A stretch of 64,000 bases of DNA, taken from assembly GCA_028689675.1 (NCBI GenBank), contig JAQVCS010000012.1, positions 8,382 to 72,381 on the forward strand, given 5' to 3'. Under the pieces are notes generated by a model. It did not search any database and was not told where the DNA came from. It saw only the letters and a program-made list of their open reading frames with translations. Shown piece after piece: positions 21,558 through 31,451 of this stretch (the stretch's first letter is position 1; every line of letters begins with the position of its first letter). A program made the position numbers and the translations under genes. The stretch is from Desulfovibrionaceae bacterium (lineage in GTDB: Bacteria; Desulfobacterota; Desulfovibrionia; Desulfovibrionales; Desulfovibrionaceae).

Positions 21558-23965
21558 ACGCCTTCCAGTAATGATTTTGCCACGCGCACGGCAGCAACGG
21601 CATCTTCTGAATAGCCATCGGCGCCTATGCTGTCAGCATAGTCTTGAGTAAGCACCGCGCCGCCCACCATCACCTTGATGGCCAGCCCGCGTTCCTTTAC
21701 CAAATCAATAGTTTCTTTCATGCGCACCATTGTGGTGGTCATGAGGGCAGAAAGCCCAATAAGTGCTGCATGATGCTCCTCTGCACAGCGCACTATTTCA
21801 GCAGCAGGCACATCTTTGCCAGCATCAATCACCTCAAAGCCATGGTTGCCCAGCAGCAAGGCCACAATATTTTTGCCAATATCGTGAATATCTCCTTCCA
21901 CAGTGGCAATCACCATCACAGGGCGCTGTTCTTCCCCCCCCTGCTGCTGTGCCAGCAAGGGTTTGAGCCTGCCAAAGGCTTTTTGCATAGTTTCTGCGGC
22001 GCGTATAAGCTGCGGCAAAAAATATTCCCGCTTTTCATAGCGTACGCCCACCTCGGTAATAGCAGGAATTAATTTTTCCTGCACTAGGGCAAAGGGCTGT
22101 GCCCCTGCGGTCAATTCCTGCTCTACCAAACGCAGCACATTTTCTTTATCCCCACGCAAAACAGCATCATAGACGTTTTGTGCGGCACTGCGGTCTGCCT
22201 GAGCAGCAGCAATGCTGCCCTCGCCCGCAGTCCAGCCAGCATAGGCGGCAATAAAGCTTGCGGCATGCCTGTCCCTGCCCAGCAGGGCATTGGTGGCATC
22301 GCGCACTTCACGCAGGCGGCTGCTGGCAGGGTTGGCTATGCACGAGGTCAAGCCAGCCCCTACACACAGGGAAAGAAAAGTGGCATTCAGCAATTCACGC
22401 GCAGGCAAGCCAAAAGACACATTAGAAAGCCCCATGGTGGTGGCAAGCCCCTCGCGGGCACACCAGCGTATGGTTTCCAAGCACTGTCTGGCGGCTTCTT
22501 CCTTGGAGGAAACAGCCAGCGTCAGCACGTCAACCATAATGAGGCGGCGCGGCAGGCCAAGGGCTTCTGCCTGCTCAAGCAGCGCCTCTAAAATAGCTAT
22601 ACGCTCTGCGGCCATAACTGGCAATTTTTTCCCGCGCAGGGGCAAAAGCACACAGGGCGCGCCCCAGTCTCGGCATAGGGGGGCAAGGGCTTCCATGCGC
22701 CCTGCTTCCCCGCTAATGGAATTGACTAGTGTTGAACCCGGGCAATAGGGCAAAGCCCCAGCTATAGCTGCGGCGCTGGAAGAATCCAGCGACAAGGGTG
22801 TTTGCAGCCTTGCAGTTAATTGTGTGGCAAGGGCTGGCAAAAGCACACTTTCATCCACCATGGGTGCACCCACGTTCACATCCAGCACCTGCGCGCCCAG
22901 CGCAATTTGCTCATCGGCAAATTGCAGGGCAAGCTCATGCTGGCCTGCCTGAAAAGCGGCCGTCAATGCCTTTTTGCCCGTGGGGTTGATACGCTCGCCA
23001 ATAATGGTTAAAGGCTCTGTAGGGTTAATGCGCACCAGCGAAGAGCGCGTGCTCAGCGTAATGCCGCTCATATAAAAATTGCTGGGTGCACGGCGGCTTT
23101 TGCCTTGCAAGGCCTTATATAAGGCGGCAATGTGCGCTGGCGTGGTGCCGCAGCAGCCCCCCAAAAGCTTGACCCCAGCCTCGCCAAAGGGCACTGTTTT
23201 GGCGGCAAAGCTCTCTGGGTCGAGGCGGAAAATGGTTTTGCCGTCCACCAGCTCGGGCAGGCCAGCATTGGGCTCGGCAAGCACAGGCACCTGACAATGC
23301 GCCAGCAGCTCTTCCACCACAGGCGCCATTTGCTCTGGGCCTGCGCTGCAATTGGTGCCCACCGCGGCCACGCCTAGGTTCTGCATGGTTTCGGCAAAAA
23401 TTTCTGGCGTGGTGCCTGTCAGGCTCAGGCCTTTTTCAAAGGTCATAGAAACCATGATGGGCAGGTCACATTCCTGCTTTATGGCATAGACAGCGGCGCG
23501 GGCTTCGGCCAAATCAAATTGCGTTTCTACCATAAAGGCGTCAACCCCGCCAGCCACAAGGCCGCGTGCCTGCTCTCGAAACATGGCCACCAGCTCCATA
23601 GGTTCCATGTCGCCCAGCGGGCGCACAAAATACCCTGTGGGGCCTATATCGCCAGCCACAAAGACAGGGTGGTCAGCATTGCGCCCCGCAGCCCTTGCCA
23701 CTTGTGCCATTGTCTTGTTAAACTCAAAAACATCAAGCGCCGCAGGCAGCTTGCAGCGGCAGCCGCCAAAGGTGCAGGTCAGCAGCACATCTGTGCCCGC
23801 TGCAACATATTGTTTATGAATATCGGCAAGTATGCCCGTATTGTGCATACAAAAAAGCTCGGGGCTGTAGCCTGCGGGCAAACCTGCGCCTTGCAGCATA
23901 GTGCCCATGGCTCCATCTAAAAATAAAAAGCGGCTGCTTAAAAGCGCCTCTGACAATGCGGACAC
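21554..23965 (-). CDS. metH: Cobalamin-dependent methionine synthase, short form (Hcy, pterin and B12 domains; no AdoMet reactivation domain)
   Basis: Hcy-binding GGCCGTTP, a pterin-binding region, and the B12 motif (EGDIHDIGKN...GLSALMTTT). The ORF ends directly after the B12 domain at 803 aa. Confidence 0.9.
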   Translation of the reverse strand: MSALSEALLSSRFLFLDGAMGTMLQGAGLPAGYSPELFCMHNTGILADIHKQYVAAGTDVLLTCTFGGCRCKLPAALDVFEFNKTMAQVARAAGRNADHPVFVAGDIGPTGYFVRPLGDMEPMELVAMFREQARGLVAGGVDAFMVETQFDLAEARAAVYAIKQECDLPIMVSMTFEKGLSLTGTTPEIFAETMQNLGVAAVGTNCSAGPEQMAPVVEELLAHCQVPVLAEPNAGLPELVDGKTIFRLDPESFAAKTVPFGEAGVKLLGGCCGTTPAHIAALYKALQGKSRRAPSNFYMSGITLSTRSSLVRINPTEPLTIIGERINPTGKKALTAAFQAGQHELALQFADEQIALGAQVLDVNVGAPMVDESVLLPALATQLTARLQTPLSLDSSSAAAIAGALPYCPGSTLVNSISGEAGRMEALAPLCRDWGAPCVLLPLRGKKLPVMAAERIAILEALLEQAEALGLPRRLIMVDVLTLAVSSKEEAARQCLETIRWCAREGLATTMGLSNVSFGLPARELLNATFLSLCVGAGLTSCIANPASSRLREVRDATNALLGRDRHAASFIAAYAGWTAGEGSIAAAQADRSAAQNVYDAVLRGDKENVLRLVEQELTAGAQPFALVQEKLIPAITEVGVRYEKREYFLPQLIRAAETMQKAFGRLKPLLAQQQGGEEQRPVMVIATVEGDIHDIGKNIVALLLGNHGFEVIDAGKDVPAAEIVRCAEEHHAALIGLSALMTTTMVRMKETIDLVKERGLAIKVMVGGAVLTQDYADSIGADGYSEDAVAAVRVAKSLLEGV

Positions 23966-24104
23966 GACCTTTCCTTCCTTCTTTTACTGTAACAAGTTAT
24001 CCAGTCCTTTTTTTTCTAGCGAAAAATCTTGAAAAGGACAAACCAAAACTATAGCATCATCTCCCAACAACACAGCCCAACAGACAAAGAGCTGCCCTAC
24101 TATT

Positions 24105-25193
24105 ATGAAAAAAAATACTCTGCTTCCTGAAAAAACAGACAGCCTTAAAGAAAAAAAGACGTTAGATACTGAAATTGTTGACGAAAATGAATCTATTGAG
24201 CCCGAGGTACTGCTTGACGATGAGCCCTTTGGCTTGGATGATGCAGACCCTGCTGTTTTACTGGAAGATACGGATAGCGACACCGTTGATGTAAGCGGGC
24301 TGGATGCCCCCACCCGCCTGCCTTCATTAAGCGGCACAAAAGATAATTTGCACCTGTACCTCAGGGAAGTAAGCCGCTTCCCCATGCTGCAACCGCAGGA
24401 AGAATTTGATCTGGCCACCCGCGTGCGCGACTTTAACGACACAGACGCCGCCTTTCGCCTTGTTTCTTCGCATTTGCGCCTTGTGGTACGCATTGCTATG
24501 GATTTTCAGCGCCGCTGGATGCAAAACGTGCTTGACCTGATTCAGGAAGGCAATGTGGGGCTTATGCGCGCTGTGAACAAATTTGACCCCGATAAGGGCA
24601 TAAAATTTTCCTATTATGCCGCTTTTTGGATAAAAGCCTATATCCTTAAATTTATTATGGATAACTGGCGCATGGTGAAAATAGGCACAACGCAGGTGCA
24701 GCGCAAGCTCTTTTTTAACCTGAATAAAGAGCGCCAAAGGCTTATTGCGCAGGGTTTTGACCCCGATGCGGCCATGCTTTCAGAAAACCTAGGCGTGACC
24801 GAAGAACAAATTACCGAAATGGAACAGCGCCTTGCCGCTACAGATATGTCTTTGAACATGACTGTGGGGGAAGAAAACGGCAGTGCCTCGCGCATGGACT
24901 TTTTGCCAGCACTTGGCCCTGGTGTGGAGGACCTTCTTGCCAATGAAGAAATCAGCGCCATCCTGCAAAAAAAGCTGGAGGGCATCTTGCCCACGCTGAA
25001 CGAAAAAGAAATTTTTATTTTAAAAAATCGCCTTCTTACCGATGACCCTGTTACCCTCAGGGAAATAGGCGAACGCTATAATGTTACCCGCGAGCGCGTG
25101 CGCCAGCTCGAAGCCCGCCTGCTGGAAAAGTTGCGCCAGCACCTTACAGGAAATATTAAAGATTTTTCCACGGATTGGATATCCTCAACATGA
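24105..25193 (+). CDS. rpoH: RNA polymerase sigma-32 (RpoH) with an acidic N-terminal extension of about 75 aa
   Basis: RpoH box QRKLFFNL, regions 2 and 4 (YNVTRERVRQLEARLLEKL). Confidence 0.88.
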   Translation: MKKNTLLPEKTDSLKEKKTLDTEIVDENESIEPEVLLDDEPFGLDDADPAVLLEDTDSDTVDVSGLDAPTRLPSLSGTKDNLHLYLREVSRFPMLQPQEEFDLATRVRDFNDTDAAFRLVSSHLRLVVRIAMDFQRRWMQNVLDLIQEGNVGLMRAVNKFDPDKGIKFSYYAAFWIKAYILKFIMDNWRMVKIGTTQVQRKLFFNLNKERQRLIAQGFDPDAAMLSENLGVTEEQITEMEQRLAATDMSLNMTVGEENGSASRMDFLPALGPGVEDLLANEEISAILQKKLEGILPTLNEKEIFILKNRLLTDDPVTLREIGERYNVTRERVRQLEARLLEKLRQHLTGNIKDFSTDWISST

Positions 25194-26905
25194 TGCGCAA
25201 ACAAGCATTTTTTCTTCTGGCGGCGGCGCTGCTTGCGGCTTCGCCCTGCCTGCTTTTGCTGGGCTGCGGCGGCTGTTCTTCCACCAAAGCTGTAAAAACA
25301 GAAAACGACTCGGCAAAGCCTTCGGTATGGCAGCTCAACGAAGGGGCACAGCAAATTTATGCTCAGCTGGCACTTTCACAAGCAGCACAGCAGCAGGATA
25401 TCCCGCTGCTGCTGGAAAGCATTGCCCTGCTTGAAAAAGGCAAGCCCTCGGCTGCCAGCTATGGCGAAGCCGCCACAGCGCTGGCCGATGCCAATGTACC
25501 AGAAGCCCTTGATATTATAAAAAAGGGTCTTGCCCTTTACCCCGAAGACGCCTTGCTCAATTTGCTTTTTGGCGAATATTTATTGCGGCATAATGCGGTG
25601 GCTGAAGGCACTGCCCACATGAACCAATATATATTGCGCCACCCAGAAAACAAAGAAGCAAGGCTAGAGCTGGCACTGGTGCTCAACAAAAATGAGCGTT
25701 TTGCCGAAGCAGAAAATATTTTGCGCGCCCTTGCCGCCAAAGACCGTACCCCCTTTGTGGAATTGCAATATGCTAAGGCCTTGGCGGGCATGGGCAAGCA
25801 AGAGCAGGCCATACAGCATTTACACAAAGCCCTGAAAGCCGCACCTGAATATGTGGAAGCTATGGCCGAGCTGGCCACCTTGTATGACAAACAGGGGCAA
25901 TGGCAGCAAGCCCGCAGCATGTATGAAAAAATACGCGATACAGGCACAGGCACGCCTGCACTTTTTTTGCGCCTTGTGCAAATTTCCCTGCTGCTGCGCG
26001 AGCCAGAAAAAGCCTTGTCGTATGCCGCGGCACTAGAAAATGACACGGCCTTTAGCCTGCGCGTGGCTGGCCTGCTGCTAGAAAATGGCTATATGCCGCA
26101 GGCCGAGCAGGTGCTGGCCACGGTGGCAGGCCATGCCGATGCCCCGCGTGAAATTTTTTTAGACCTTGCCCGCATTGCCTACCTAGAAAGGCATAACCCG
26201 CAGGAAAGCCTGCGCTGGCTGGAAAAAGTGCCGCAGGGCACAAAAGAATATGAAGAAGCCCTGCTACTGCATTTGCAGGTGCTGTTTGATTTGGATCAAA
26301 AAAATCAGGCCTTGGCACTGGCGCAAAAACATTTTGAAACCTATCCCCAAGCAGGCAGCCTGCGCGAAGCGGCCATACGCATTCTTGCTGCCCTTGACCG
26401 CAAGCCCGAAGCCCTAGCATTGGCACGCAAAGCCGCACAGCAATGGGCGGACAATGTGCCCTTGCAGGTTTTGCTCGGCACCTTGCTTGATGATGCTGGC
26501 GACCAACAAGCCGCCCTTACCCACATGGAAAAGGTGCTCACACTCAGCCCCAATAATGTGCAGGCACTCAATTATATTGGCTATACTTTGGCCGTGCAGG
26601 GACGTGACCTTGACCGTGCCCTTGACCTGCTAGAAAAAGCCGTCAGCCTTGCCCCCCAAAAAGGCTATATTTGGGATTCGCTGGCATGGGCGCAATTCAA
26701 GGCCAAAAAACATACAGCGGCATGGGTCAGCATACAGCGCTCTGTGAAGGAAGGCGGTGCTGACGAAGCTGAAATATGGGAACATTATGGCGATATAGCC
26801 CTTGCTTTGGGCAAAAAAGACGATGCCCGCAAGGCATATCAACAGGCACGCGAGCTCAACCCCGCCAATGCGGCAGCGCTTGATGCAAAACTTTCTGCTT
26901 TATAG
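25190..26905 (+). CDS. TPR-repeat lipoprotein
   Basis: Lipobox LLLGC after a signal peptide, and many TPR-like repeats. The start ATG overlaps the rpoH stop (ATGA). Confidence 0.75.
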   Translation: MMRKQAFFLLAAALLAASPCLLLLGCGGCSSTKAVKTENDSAKPSVWQLNEGAQQIYAQLALSQAAQQQDIPLLLESIALLEKGKPSAASYGEAATALADANVPEALDIIKKGLALYPEDALLNLLFGEYLLRHNAVAEGTAHMNQYILRHPENKEARLELALVLNKNERFAEAENILRALAAKDRTPFVELQYAKALAGMGKQEQAIQHLHKALKAAPEYVEAMAELATLYDKQGQWQQARSMYEKIRDTGTGTPALFLRLVQISLLLREPEKALSYAAALENDTAFSLRVAGLLLENGYMPQAEQVLATVAGHADAPREIFLDLARIAYLERHNPQESLRWLEKVPQGTKEYEEALLLHLQVLFDLDQKNQALALAQKHFETYPQAGSLREAAIRILAALDRKPEALALARKAAQQWADNVPLQVLLGTLLDDAGDQQAALTHMEKVLTLSPNNVQALNYIGYTLAVQGRDLDRALDLLEKAVSLAPQKGYIWDSLAWAQFKAKKHTAAWVSIQRSVKEGGADEAEIWEHYGDIALALGKKDDARKAYQQARELNPANAAALDAKLSAL

Positions 26906-26911
26906 AGGCCT

Positions 26912-27700
26912 ATGATGCAAAAAATTGCTTTTTTTCCTTTACTGCTCTGCGTTTTGCTGTTTGCCGCCTGTGCCCGCCAGCCCGCCGCCCCTGCTAATCC
27001 TCAGCAGGCCGCCGCTGCATGGCAGCGCTATAGCGCGCTTACGCAGGCCTACAGCCAGCCTGTTGCCGCAAGGCAGCAAATAAGCCTACGCTTTGGCAAG
27101 CAGGGCGATACGCGCCGTGTTACCGCCTTATTGTGGGGCAATACGGCAAAGCAGCTGGTGCGCCTTGATGTCAACGCTGGTGTGGGCGCAAGCATAGCAA
27201 ATATTGAAGAAGCGCCAGAAAAGTTTTTATTCTTTGCCCAGCAGGAAAATAAGGCCTATTTTGCGCATCAGGGGCAGCGCCCCCTGCTGCGCATAGGCAT
27301 GCCCATTCCCCTGCGCATAGCCTCTGTTTTTGCCCTGCTTAATGGCGATTATGCCGCCCTGTTTGGCACAAGCTATGCCCTGACCGAGCTGGAAAAAGGA
27401 AATATTTTGTATATCCTTTCTGGCGGGGAGCTGGGGGGAGCGCTTATTTTAGATGAACAAGGCCGCCCGCAGCAATGGCGGCAAGACGGCAGCAAGGGCT
27501 GGCAAATGAGCATTAGCTATGCCGAAGACAACCTGCCCTATCGCATCGAGCTCAGCCACCCACAAGGCCACAGTGCCCTTATGCTGGTTAAAAACCGCGA
27601 GCAGCTCACTAGCCCCTTTACGGAAAAACAAATGCGCCTTATCATCCCCCAAGGCACAGCCCTGCTGCCCCTTGAGGCCTTTGTCAATAAAAATAAATAA
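26912..27700 (+). CDS. Lipoprotein, possibly LolB/DUF4292-like (function tentative)
   Basis: Signal peptide plus lipobox LFAAC. The position after a TPR lipoprotein is reminiscent of lolB neighbourhoods. Confidence 0.55.
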   Translation: MMQKIAFFPLLLCVLLFAACARQPAAPANPQQAAAAWQRYSALTQAYSQPVAARQQISLRFGKQGDTRRVTALLWGNTAKQLVRLDVNAGVGASIANIEEAPEKFLFFAQQENKAYFAHQGQRPLLRIGMPIPLRIASVFALLNGDYAALFGTSYALTELEKGNILYILSGGELGGALILDEQGRPQQWRQDGSKGWQMSISYAEDNLPYRIELSHPQGHSALMLVKNREQLTSPFTEKQMRLIIPQGTALLPLEAFVNKNK

Positions 27701-27713
27701 GGAATCCCGTACT

Positions 27714-28145
27714 ATGGCACGTATTCATATTGCTTCAGACCATGCTGGTTTTGCTTTAAAGTCAGAGCTGATCGACCAATTAGTAGCTCAGGGGCACGAA
27801 ATTATAAACCACGGTTGTGACCAAGCCACTAGCTGTGATTATCCCGATTTTGCCCATGCCGCCTGCACAGCTCTGCTTGCCGATGCTGGCTCTTTTGGCA
27901 TTCTTGTATGCGGCACGGGCGTGGGCATGAGCATGGCTGCCAACCGCCATGCAGGCATACGCGCTGCCCTGTGCACCAATGAATTTTTAGCGCGTGCCAC
28001 CCGCATGCACAACAATGCCAATGTGCTCTGCCTTGGCGAGCGCGTGGTGGGCGCTGGGCTTGCCCTTTCCATCACCGAGGTTTTTTTGAACACCGCCTTT
28101 GAAGGCGGCCGCCATCAGCGCCGTATTGATAAAATCACTGCCTAG
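27714..28145 (+). CDS. rpiB: Ribose-5-phosphate isomerase B
   Basis: MARIHIASDHAGF.LK...GILVCGTGVGMSMAANR matches RpiB/LacAB. Confidence 0.92.
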   Translation: MARIHIASDHAGFALKSELIDQLVAQGHEIINHGCDQATSCDYPDFAHAACTALLADAGSFGILVCGTGVGMSMAANRHAGIRAALCTNEFLARATRMHNNANVLCLGERVVGAGLALSITEVFLNTAFEGGRHQRRIDKITA

Positions 28146-28159
28146 GAAGGGGCTTTATT

Positions 28160-29611
28160 ATGCAGTTATACAATTCCCTGACCCGTAAAAAAGAACAGTT
28201 CACCCCGCTCAATGAGGGTGTGGTCAATATGTATGTGTGCGGCATTACTGCCTATGATTATTGCCACATAGGGCATGCCCGCTCTGCTCTCGTGTTTGAC
28301 GTTATGGTGCGCTATATGCAGTCCAAGGGCTTGGACGTAAATTTCATACGCAATTTTACCGATGTGGATGACAAAATTATTAACCGTGCCAATAAAGAAA
28401 ACCGCGATTGGCGCGAAGTGGCCAATACCTATATTGATGCCTTTCATGAAGACATGGACAGGCTGGGGGTGCTGCGTGCCACCACTGAGCCGCGTGCCAC
28501 CAACTACATTCAAGAAATGCAAGACCTGTGCTCGCACCTCATTGCAGAGGACAAGGCCTATGCCACCCCCTGTGGCGATGTCTATTTCAGGGTGCGCGCC
28601 TACCCGCCCTATGGCAAGCTTTCGGGGCGCACGCTGGATGAATTGCAGGCAGGCGCGCGCGTTGCCCCCGGTGAAGAAAAGCAAGACCCGCTGGATTTTG
28701 CCTTGTGGAAGTCGGCCAAGCCCGGTGAACCTTTTTGGGAAAGCCCTTGGGGCAAAGGCCGCCCCGGCTGGCATATTGAATGCTCTGCCATGAATTCGCC
28801 CTTTCTGCCGCTGGATATTCACGGCGGCGGGCTTGACCTTATTTTTCCGCATCATGAAAATGAAATTGCCCAGTCTGAAGCCGCCACAGGCAAAGAGTTG
28901 GCAAAATTTTGGGTGCACAATGGCTTTGTGCAGGTTGATTCTGAAAAAATGTCCAAATCACTGGGCAATTTCAAAACAATTCGCGATATTTTGCAAAGCT
29001 ACCTGCCAGAAACCCTGCGCTTTTTCCTGCTTAGCAAGCATTACCGCAGCCCCATTGACTTTACTGGCGACAGCATGATTGAGGCGGAGAAAGCACAAAA
29101 ACGTGTGTATGAAGCCATGCTGGATGCTGCCAAGGCCGCAGAGCGTAGCTCGTGGAAAAAAACAGCCCTGCCCGCCGCGCTTGTGGAAGAATTTGACAGC
29201 CTTGCCCATTCCTTTGACGCGGCCATGGACGATGATTTTAATTCTGCCTCGGCCATAGGACATATTTTTGCCTTGGTGCGCCTCATCAACCGCTTGCTGG
29301 AAGACAAGGGCACGCGCGCAGCCGAACAAACACGCGACCTTTTGGCACGCTTTAGCACGCTGATGGCACAATGGTCTGCCGTGCTTGGCGTGTTTGGGCA
29401 AGACCCTGCAACCTTTTTAGAGACCCTGCGTGCCCAGCAAGCCCAGCGCATAGGACTGGATACAGACAAAGTTGCCAGCCTAATGCAGGCACGCCTTGAT
29501 GCCCGCAAGGCAAAAGACTTTGCCCTTTCCGATGCCTTGCGCGATGAATTGGCCAGCATGGGCGTTGCTATACGCGACACCCCAGAAGGCACGGTTTGGG
29601 ATATAGCCTAA
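28160..29611 (+). CDS. cysS: Cysteine--tRNA ligase
   Basis: HIGH (HIGHARS) and KMSKS (KMSKSLGN) motifs, with full length present. Confidence 0.96.
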   Translation: MQLYNSLTRKKEQFTPLNEGVVNMYVCGITAYDYCHIGHARSALVFDVMVRYMQSKGLDVNFIRNFTDVDDKIINRANKENRDWREVANTYIDAFHEDMDRLGVLRATTEPRATNYIQEMQDLCSHLIAEDKAYATPCGDVYFRVRAYPPYGKLSGRTLDELQAGARVAPGEEKQDPLDFALWKSAKPGEPFWESPWGKGRPGWHIECSAMNSPFLPLDIHGGGLDLIFPHHENEIAQSEAATGKELAKFWVHNGFVQVDSEKMSKSLGNFKTIRDILQSYLPETLRFFLLSKHYRSPIDFTGDSMIEAEKAQKRVYEAMLDAAKAAERSSWKKTALPAALVEEFDSLAHSFDAAMDDDFNSASAIGHIFALVRLINRLLEDKGTRAAEQTRDLLARFSTLMAQWSAVLGVFGQDPATFLETLRAQQAQRIGLDTDKVASLMQARLDARKAKDFALSDALRDELASMGVAIRDTPEGTVWDIA

Positions 29612-29617
29612 GCAAAC

Positions 29618-29660
29618 TTTTGGCTGGCAGGGCGGGCGCTGTTCTCCCTGCCAGCCAAAA
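29618..29660 (+). terminator. Stem-loop after cysS
   Basis: 15-nt arms ttttggctggcaggg / ccctgccagccaaaa. There is no clean U-tract, so terminator function is tentative. Confidence 0.55.
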
Positions 29661-29711
29661 TGTCGCATGCAAGGCTGCACTTCAGGGCGCGTGAACATTC
29701 ATTTGTTACCC

Positions 29712-29806
29712 GCTGGTAGTATCAGACTTCAGCTTTTATGCTGGTAGCGTACAATACAAGTATTACCGTGCATACAAGCCTTCTCTTTTCTGCCAGCGAA
29801 CAACAT
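29712..29806 (+). repeat. Copy C (more diverged) of the roughly 99-nt intergenic element
   Basis: Shares cccgctgg, agacttcagcttttat.ctggt, gcatacaagcc and tgccagc.aaca with copies A and B. Confidence 0.55.
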
Positions 29807-30005
29807 GCCTAATGTGGACAGCCCATAGAATATGTTTACTGTTAAAGACGCGCAAGGGTAAGCCAAGCTAGCTCAAACCTGTTTTGCGGCACGCGCTTGC
29901 AGGCAAAACCTTGCCGAGCAGATGCCCTTTTTCAAGGCTTTCTGCTTTCTATGCACCGTGGGGGGAACATCCATTCAACGCATCACTTGTGATGCTGGGA
30001 GGAGT

Positions 30006-31451
30006 ATGCAACACCATCACCCTGCCCGTGGGCACAGCTTTTTTCCTTTTTTTTGTCGCCGTTCACTTGCTTTTCTTTGTATTATCAGCCTATTGCTTGC
30101 TCAGTGCTGGGTGCTTCCTGCCCACGCCGCCTATTGGGGCAGCATTGGCATGAAGGATGAAAAAGAAATGGGGCGGCAATTTGCCGTTATGGTTCGCGCC
30201 AAACTTCCCCTTATTGATGACCCCGAGGTCAAGCTCTATGTGCAGGGCGTGGTGGACACATTGGCCAAAACCATGCCGCCGCAGCCCTTCCCCTTTGTTG
30301 CTGGCGTTATTCTGCACAATACCATGAATGCTTTTGCCGTGCCTGGCGGGCAGGTTTTTATCTTCAGCGGCCTTATGATGCAGCTGGACAGTGAGGCCGA
30401 GCTGGCTGGCGTTATGGCGCACGAAATGGCGCATGTCACGCAAAGGCATATGGCCTCGCGCATGGAAAAGGCACAGGCGGTTACCATGGGCAGCCTGCTG
30501 CTGGCTGTGGCAGGCCTTGCGCTGGGCGGCGGCGGAGCGGCGGCCGTGGGCGCTATGGGCGCGGGGCAATCGGCCATGCTCAATTACAGCCGTATTGATG
30601 AAACCGAAGCCGACAGTCAGGGCTATCAATATTTGCTCAAGGCAAAGTATCCCCCGCAGGCCATGGCGCAGGGCTTTCAAAAAATTCGCCAAAAAAGCTG
30701 GATAGGCGGGGGCGGCTCTTTGCCAGCCTATCTTTCCACCCACCCCGACTTGGGCGAGCGCATCAGCAATATTATGGCGCGGGTGCAGGCTGCCCCTGCC
30801 TCGGTGCGCAACCGCCCCGTGGATAACAGGCGCTTTATGCGTGTGCAAACCCTACTGTGGGGGCGCTATGGCGATGAAGCCACTGCCCTGCATCGCTTTG
30901 ATGCAGAAAAAAATAATATTGCCCTTGCACAAATGGGCAAAGGGCTTGTGTATACACGCATGAACAATGTGCCCGATGCCCTGCAAGCCTTTAACTCTGC
31001 TCTGCACCTTCAGCCCAACGATAGCCTTATCTTGCGTGAAGCTGGTATTTTTCATTATAAATTGGGCGATAAGCACCTTGCCGACCAATACTTGCGCGCG
31101 GCCATGCAAGCAGACAGGCAAGACTATATGGCGCGCTATTATTATGCCCGCCTGCTCGATGAAACAGGGCGCACCCGTGAAGCCCTGCCCTATTATCAGG
31201 AAGTGCTGCGCTATGTACCCGAAGACAGCGAAGTGCACGCCGCTTATGCCCGTTCACTGGGGCAAAACGGGCAAACATTTCTTGCCCACTTGCACTTGGC
31301 CTATAGTGCCTTATATATAAACGACAAAAAAAAGACAGCCCGTCTGCTGGAAAAAGCAAAAGGCATACAGCGCTCTGCCAGTGACACACAGGCATTGCGC
31401 AAATTTGAAACTATTTATAAAGAACGCAAAGAAATTTGGGAGGAAAGCTGA
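30006..31451 (+). CDS. M48-family metalloprotease with a C-terminal TPR domain (BepA/YfgC-like)
   Basis: HEMAHV zinc motif, signal sequence and TPR repeats. The ATG at 30006 follows GGGAGGAGT. Confidence 0.85.
   Translation: MQHHHPARGHSFFPFFCRRSLAFLCIISLLLAQCWVLPAHAAYWGSIGMKDEKEMGRQFAVMVRAKLPLIDDPEVKLYVQGVVDTLAKTMPPQPFPFVAGVILHNTMNAFAVPGGQVFIFSGLMMQLDSEAELAGVMAHEMAHVTQRHMASRMEKAQAVTMGSLLLAVAGLALGGGGAAAVGAMGAGQSAMLNYSRIDETEADSQGYQYLLKAKYPPQAMAQGFQKIRQKSWIGGGGSLPAYLSTHPDLGERISNIMARVQAAPASVRNRPVDNRRFMRVQTLLWGRYGDEATALHRFDAEKNNIALAQMGKGLVYTRMNNVPDALQAFNSALHLQPNDSLILREAGIFHYKLGDKHLADQYLRAAMQADRQDYMARYYYARLLDETGRTREALPYYQEVLRYVPEDSEVHAAYARSLGQNGQTFLAHLHLAYSALYINDKKKTARLLEKAKGIQRSASDTQALRKFETIYKERKEIWEES

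Noticed and set aside
23984-24493. A 169-aa minus-strand ORF overlapping the 5' part of rpoH.
   Set aside because: It is antisense to the well-supported rpoH ORF. Its Ser-rich low-complexity translation mirrors the acidic rpoH extension. It has no RBS and no family resemblance.
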